Below, one piece after another: positions 57,802-64,000 of a stretch of 64,000 bases of DNA. The position numbers were made by a program, and so were the translations under genes. Every line of letters starts with the position of its first letter. Within the stretch, counting starts at the first letter, position 1. The notes beneath the pieces were generated by a model that ran no database searches, was not told where the DNA came from, and saw nothing but the letters and a program-made list of their open reading frames with translations. Origin of the DNA: Octopus vulgaris (lineage: Eukaryota); contig OX597821.1 of NCBI GenBank assembly GCA_951406725.2, positions 67,394,001-67,458,000 on the forward strand, read 5' to 3'.

Positions 57802-58312
57802 CCGTAAATCATCGAGTATAATCCGAATTTTTTCCCCAAAATTTAAAGGTCAAAATCCCTAGTGCGTACTATAAAATGAAAAATATTTTCTAAACAATGT
57901 CCGAGTCTCTATTTGCTGTCCGGCAATGTCTATTCAGACGCATTTTGTGATGTCGGGCACGAAAATACCTTAAGCTAAACCTGAAAGCAATGAAGTCATA
58001 GAAGAATCATCCATAACTTGCAGTAAGCAACATTTATTAAAATAAAAGTATTCAGAACACAGAATAACATGTAACAAAAACAATTTGCAAACATATTTAC
58101 ATTTCCATATAACAGTTAAGAATATCAGTATTATTGTATTATGCATGCGCGGAAGTGTTTGTTCGACTAGGTGCTGCTAGCTTAATTACGCACGACCCAA
58201 GTTAGAGATGGGGTGCGTATTATACACATGGTTTAGGTCTTTCAGAGGTACAGCCCCCTAAAAGTCTCCTGCGTATATTACTTAAGGGCGGACTATACTC
58301 GAGGCTTTACGG
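57802..58312 (-). mobile_element. Same MITE family in opposite orientation
   Basis: Reverse complement of 19183-19704 over nearly its whole length, with TA flanks and TIRs. Confidence 0.88.
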
Positions 58313-58649
58313 TAATTGGAAATATTACCAATCTGCTTCACGCATTGCGTACATCCGCTTATATTTTGGGCTGTATTCCCTGTTATAGAAGAAATTATAT
58401 ACAACGGCTACATACACGCATACACACACAAATACACACATATATACACACAAACACATATATACACACACGTGTGTGTGTGTATGTATACTTGCATTTA
58501 TGTATGTGTTCGTATGTACGCGCGTTGTATGTGTAACTGTTTGAAATATATGCTCATGTGTATCCGTATGTTTATAAGTTCTCGCAAATATTTACATCAT
58601 TCCTTTCATTTCTTCAAAATACATTCAATTCCTCAGCGTTTAGCTGAGG

Positions 58650-58806
58650 TGTGTGTGTGTGTGCGCGTGTGTGTGTGGTATGTACATGTGCGTGTGCGTG
58701 TGTGTTTGCGCGTGTGTGTGTGGTATGTACATGTGCGTGTGCGTGTGTGTGTGCGCGTGTGTGTGTGGTATGTACATGTGCGTGTGCGTGTGTGTGGTAT
58801 GTACAT

Positions 58807-58838
<32 letters not shown>
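58650..58838. repeat. ~46 bp minisatellite built from GT/GC dinucleotides, about 4 copies
   Basis: Unit gtgtgtgtggtatgtacatgtgcgtgtgcgtgtgtgt repeats. Confidence 0.9.
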
Positions 58839-59218
58839 CAGTGCTTCTTATATGCAGTCTCTGAACATGTGTATTTGTATTTTGCATTTGGGGAATTTTT
58901 TCTTAACTTGTTTTTCTTTTTTCTTTTCAATTTTAAAGAAAAACATTTTACTTTTTAGTGTGAAATCTCATCAGCGAAATCACTCGAGTTTTCACTTACA
59001 TAGTCTCAATTTACCAATATTGCAAAGACATTTTAGTGTAACCCCCTAACTCCCACCTACTTACAGTCATCGTCAGCATCAACACCATTCATGCAGTTGT
59101 TGCCCTTCTTTATGTTAATGTTTTGATTGTTGTTTATTTACTCCATACATACGCTTATTTTTAATATTTTAAAAAACTATATTAATATTAATCCCGTGCG
59201 TCATATCAAATTTTGCAG

Positions 59219-59262
59219 ATGTGACATCAAAATTCCTCCTGCCCAAAGTTCCATACATTTTG
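59219..59262 (+). CDS. Candidate 44 nt exon (DVTSKFLLPKVPYIL in phase 1)
   Basis: aaattttgcag acceptor, TTG/gtgagt donor. Phase-compatible with 52965-53044. Confidence 0.4.
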
Positions 59263-59604
59263 GTGAGTGCCAAAGAAGCTTGTTCTTCTAGGTGTGTACA
59301 ATAACTTAATATTAACAGTGAGTTGTATCAAATGTTGTAGATATTTCATGCTCCGTCTACCTATATACTCAACAGTGACGAGTGGTGTGAACCACGATAG
59401 AATAGATACCAGTCATATTTTCTGCACAGATTCAATCGATTATACTCTCTTCTGTCTATTAAGAGGCCTTGTGTAAAATTCATTTTGACTTTTGATTTTG
59501 ATTTCATAAAATCAGAATTATTTTCAAATTTCTACCTTTCTTGGTTGACAAAGATTAAATAAAAAAGGAAATAAAACAGAAATTGTTGCACGAGGGCAAA
59601 CTAT

Positions 59605-59822
59605 ACCTATTTCTTTACTACCCACAAGGAGCTAAACACAGAGGGGACAAACAAGGACAGGCACACGGATTAAGTCGATTACATCGACCCCTTAATTTAT
59701 CGACCCCGAAAGGATGAAAGGCAAATCGACCTCGACGGAAATTGAACTCACGACGTAACAGCAGACGAAATACCGCCAAGCATTTCGCCCGACGTGCTTA
59801 CGTTTCTGCCAACTCGCCGCCT
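59605..59822 (-). mobile_element. tRNA-derived SINE family A, tail with AGTAAAGAAAT end
   Basis: Head ggcgagytggcagaaacg..gagttcaa.ttcc and body gtcgactttgcctttcatcctttcggggtcgat. Other copies: 1192-1420-, 16908-17078-, 17079-17310-, 57115-57330-. Confidence 0.9.
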
Positions 59823-60035
59823 ATAGGCATCACGTAGTTTCATTTTATATCATGTGGATCGCACTCGGCAATATTGCCCACACTTGAAGTTGACGTTTGC
59901 ATTCACACTGTACAGGGTATGATTAGTAAATGCGGAGCCAACTGACGAGTTCTGAACTAACTGGCAAAATGTCATAAAGTTAGCATACCATTATATACAT
60001 ACATACATACATACATACATACATACATACATACA

Positions 60036-60067
<32 letters not shown>

Positions 60068-60495
60068 ATATATAAATCCCGTTCTGTCTGTCTGTCTGTG
60101 TGCTTATAACTCGAGTATTGTTCATCCGATCGCGCTGAAATTTTAAACATGGATACATGGGAGAGCGGGGCGTTCCGTAATCTAAAAAGGTTTTCAAAAT
60201 TCTCAGTTTTAAAGTTTTGTAATCTTTGCTTGTCTATCGGATGATTAAAACTGCCATTTTTATTTCTATTTGAAACTACTGTTCCGTAGCCTGTTCTTCT
60301 TACCACTACGTCAGTGAAAATCAAAATATAATACTTAAAGCAACAGTCATCAAATACAAAATCCAAGGTCGATACAGTGCCATGGGCCAAAAATTCCAAC
60401 TTCTGGCCTAATGCGAGCCCAAAGCAATCTGTTATCTCTTAAACTATTTCAGTATTGTAATGTGAGATAATACTCTTAGTTTGATAGAAGTCTGT

Positions 60496-60571
<76 letters not shown>

Positions 60572-60884
60572 TTTATATTCTTTACGCATTCCCAAACCAA
60601 GTTACCGATCTTGAAGTATGAGGTATCAAAAGATTCTGTACTATTTTGGCTACAAATTAAACTTAATTTCCATTCACATATTTCCATTTCAAAAATTTAA
60701 CATTACAATTTTTTCCATAAATCAACTATCGTAAACATTTTATACGGTGACGACGGTGATGTCACATTTTCTATATGTCTGTGTACCTTAAAATACATCA
60801 ATCCTCACGACACACGCCTTCACTCACTCACTCTATCACGCACGTGTACGCACACAGACGTCCATTTCTCTAACCCTAACAGAC

Positions 60885-61094
60885 GTCGTATTGGAGCCGC
60901 CGGCGCGAATGCCAAGCAGTATTGCATGTCGTTTCCAAATTTCTGGCAGAACGAATGGCGTCATGCTGCTATTTTACTCAGAGACAGTGCCCAACTGACT
61001 CTGCTATACTATGTAGTGAACAAGATAAAAAAAAACAATGTACATACACGAAATTAAAAATATAAAATGGTGACAATTTACTCATTGCACCCTG
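60885..61094 (-). mobile_element. 5' end of a Tc1/mariner-superfamily (maT-like) element
   Basis: TA-CAGGGTGCAATGAGTAAATTGTCACC terminus followed by MTPFVLPEIWKRHAILLGIRAGGSNT. The family assignment is from recollection. Confidence 0.6.
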
Positions 61095-61132
61095 TATATG
61101 TGTGTGTGTGTTTATGTTTGTGCGTGTTTGTA

Positions 61133-61202
<70 letters not shown>

Positions 61203-61297
61203 AGTGCGTGTCTGTGGGTGTGTGTGAATTGAATCTAACACTCAGAATCAAAGTAATTCACACTTACATACATGAGTGCGTGTGCATATATATGCAC

Positions 61298-61703
61298 AGG
61301 CGCAGGAGTGGCTGTGTGGTAAGTAGCTTGTTTACCAACCACATGGTTCCGGGTTCAGTCCCACTGCGTGGCACCTTGGGCAAGTGTCTTCTACTATAGC
61401 CCCGGGCCGACCAAAGCCTTGTGAGTGGATTTGGTAGAGGAAACTGAAAGAAGCCCGTCGTATATATGTATATATATATATGTGTGTGTGTGTTTGTGTG
61501 TCTGTGTTTGTCCCCCTAGCATTGCTTGACAACCGATGCTGGTGTGTTTATGTCCCCGTTACTTAGCGGTTCGGCAAAAGATACCGATAGAATAAGTACT
61601 GGGCTTACAAAAGAATAAGTCCCGGGGTCGAGTTGCTCGATTAAAGGTGGTGCTCCAGCATGGCCGCAGTCAAATGACTGAAACAAGTAAAAGAGTAAAA
61701 AGT
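61298..61703 (+). mobile_element. Full-length tRNA-derived CORE-type SINE (family B) with internal microsatellite
   Basis: A/B boxes TGGCTGTGTGG and GGTTCAGTCCC, CORE-like accttgggcaagtgtctt, tail gactgaaacaagtaaaagagtaaaa. Other copies: 21784-22158+, 28457-28830-, 28860-29210+, 32215-32563+, 44632-45150-, 9165-9345+, 10360-10435-. Confidence 0.9.
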
Positions 61704-62209
61704 ATATGTGTAAGTTTATATGCTATGCGAGATTCTTTTCCAAATTTTATGCATCGAACTACTCACGTCGGTGTCGTTCCTGTTAAATTATTTTTTCCAT
61801 TTCGCAAATATTTTTCCTTTTCTAGAAGCCATTTCATAACATTTATATTTCATCCGTGTGTTTAGGGTCGTTTTCCTTTTGTCTGCAAGTAAATTTCAAA
61901 ATCCACATCCAAGATGAATTTAGCTAATTGTTTAATGTGCTTTAACATGTTACAACGCATCTTCCACCTTATCATCCTCCTACAATCATAGAAGTAATTG
62001 CTTACACATATCGGCACACGTTTTACTAATTTGATATATGTAGACTACAGAGTTCTGTTAATAAGTACGTGGCTATGTTGTTGATGACTTTTCAAAAAAC
62101 GCTGCACCTTGCATAGCCATAGATAATTCTCTTGGTGTGTGTGCGTATATATATATATATGCATACATTATATATATAGGCATATATATGCATATATGTA
62201 TACGTACAC

Positions 62210-62261
<52 letters not shown>

Positions 62262-63454
62262 GCATGCATGTGTGGATGTATGTGTGTGTGAATGTTTTTA
62301 CATAGATATTTATGTATTTACATAATATATACGCAAAGATAATTATACATATATGAATATGTATATACACATCATGTATATATATCTATATATATGTGAT
62401 ATATTCATGAACATATGGATATATATGTATATATTTGTGTGTGTGCGTGTGTGTGTGCGTGTGTGTGTGTGTGTGTATGTGTGTGTGATATAAGCATGAA
62501 CATATGGATATATATATATACATATATATATATACACGTATATGCAATCATTCGCTTATATGCGCATATACCACCATATAATGGATACTAGTAACTTCAC
62601 CCCTCCCCTCTGTTTCACAATAAATTAATTATAATGCAAGATGCACAAGAATTATGGAAGCGGCAGATGTTCTATGTTGTCTCGCATGCTTGTTCTTCAG
62701 ACGGTTCAGTGAGATACTAATTTCAACAAATAACATTTTTGTTCTGCATTTAAATAAGAGTCACTTAAGCTGTACCATATGTTAACTCATAATTTAGTTC
62801 ATAATGAACACAATACAAATATATCGTTTACAGCAACACATTAACTGTGAGATATATAAGCATATGGTGTAGTTTCTGAAGAATAGCATTGTAATATCAT
62901 TTTACACTGCTGTATTAAACGGAACACAACAACAATCTTTCCTACGTGGCGCAGAGTCATCAACTATATCTAATAAAACAGTCCTTGGACGAAAATTGTA
63001 TGCACATTTTGTTTTGACGGTTAATGGCGCCCAAACAGGGGCTGAGATCGAGCTGAAAATTGACAGGGATACTAAATGCGTGGTGAGGATGAGACCCGCG
63101 ATGGTTAAAATTCGCAAGCTATAAAGATGTGGTCGCTATGGCAAAAAGAGTGATTTTTAATCGATTCAAGGGGGCCCAGAACCCCTCTAGGTTTGTGCGA
63201 TTGGCTTTTAATGCCCAGCGGCATGCAATGCAGGCTGTTGTGCTTAATAAACATACATTTTGTCACGAAATTCCGGCTACTAGGAAACGATTTTTCATTG
63301 TGAAAAAATCAGTGCTTTTTGCCCTAATTTTCTTTTTAATCTTTTCCATAAATCAACTATTGTAAAATTTTTCTACCATGACCTCACATTTTCTACGTAT
63401 GTGTGTGTACCTTAAAAGACCTAATTAGACAGAGGGCCAATAGAATTGAATAGA

Positions 63455-63595
63455 CCGGCTGCTGGTCAAGATGTTCCTATAACTCAAATGTTCCTCATTC
63501 CCTTCGATACAATCTACATGTTTAAGTGGCTTTAATTTCCTATCAAACTCTCCTTTGCAATGACAATAGATAAGGCACAGAGTCAATCATTGCAA
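63455..63595 (+). pseudogene. Helitron helicase fragment
   Basis: Manual translation PAAGQDVPITQMFLIPFDTIYMFKWL*FPIKLSFAMTIDKAQSQSLQ. Confidence 0.8.
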
Positions 63596-64000
63596 ATAAT
63601 TTCATGAAATTGTCCATGCATTCTTTTCATTATCCCCTATTTTCAGTTTCATTCATTCTCAAGTTCTTGTACAGTGTCTGACCTTTTGTATAAGGTATAC
63701 GCTCAGTATAACGTTGAGATTACATGTGACTCTCTTCGACGTCATTCAATTTCTTAGGAAAAGCAGCCAAATCTCACATAAATAACCGATTTTCTTAGAC
63801 AATTATACCTAACTTTACATTATGTATATTGCTTCACTGTAAATCTTTGAACCATGATCTACTGTCAGTGCAGGCGTTGGGATAAACAACTATATCAACT
63901 TGATGAAGTGTATATACATTTTACAAGACATATATATTTGAAGAATTGTATATAAGTTTTACAAGACGTATACACTCAAGAAACTTTTTATTTGACAGAT

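Noticed and set aside
62890-63125. GC-richer stretch open on both strands
   Set aside because: No recognisable homology. Probably part of an unclassified repeat.

Overview
AT-rich eukaryotic DNA saturated with microsatellites ((TA)n, (CA)n, (GATA)n, (TATG)n) and tRNA-derived SINEs. The repeat landscape looks like a coleoid cephalopod, probably Octopus (inference). Almost all ORFs in the supplied track are microsatellite artefacts. The one long intact ORF (36082-37830, minus strand) is a 5'-truncated Penelope-like retroelement (PLE) encoding RT plus a C-terminal GIY-YIG endonuclease. It is flanked by a near-identical ~1.5 kb inverted duplication of its own 3' end and sits in (TA)n. Each arm carries a minimal hammerhead-ribozyme-like motif with a compensatory U3-A8 core pair. 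At least six more short hammerhead-bearing PLE-type termini are scattered through the window, two as miniature fold-back insertions. Decayed remnants include Helitron, mariner, DD41D, maT-like, Chapaev3, Tx1, RTE, CR1 and R4/Dong-like elements, plus pogo-like MITEs. One SINE head occurs with four different tails, and several SINE tails match LINE 3' ends present in this window. A chain of very short, mostly symmetric, plus-strand exon candidates joins into an open frame with an HExxH motif across a splice junction, which suggests the window may lie within the introns of a micro-exon host gene (hypothesis). All alignments and folds were done by eye.
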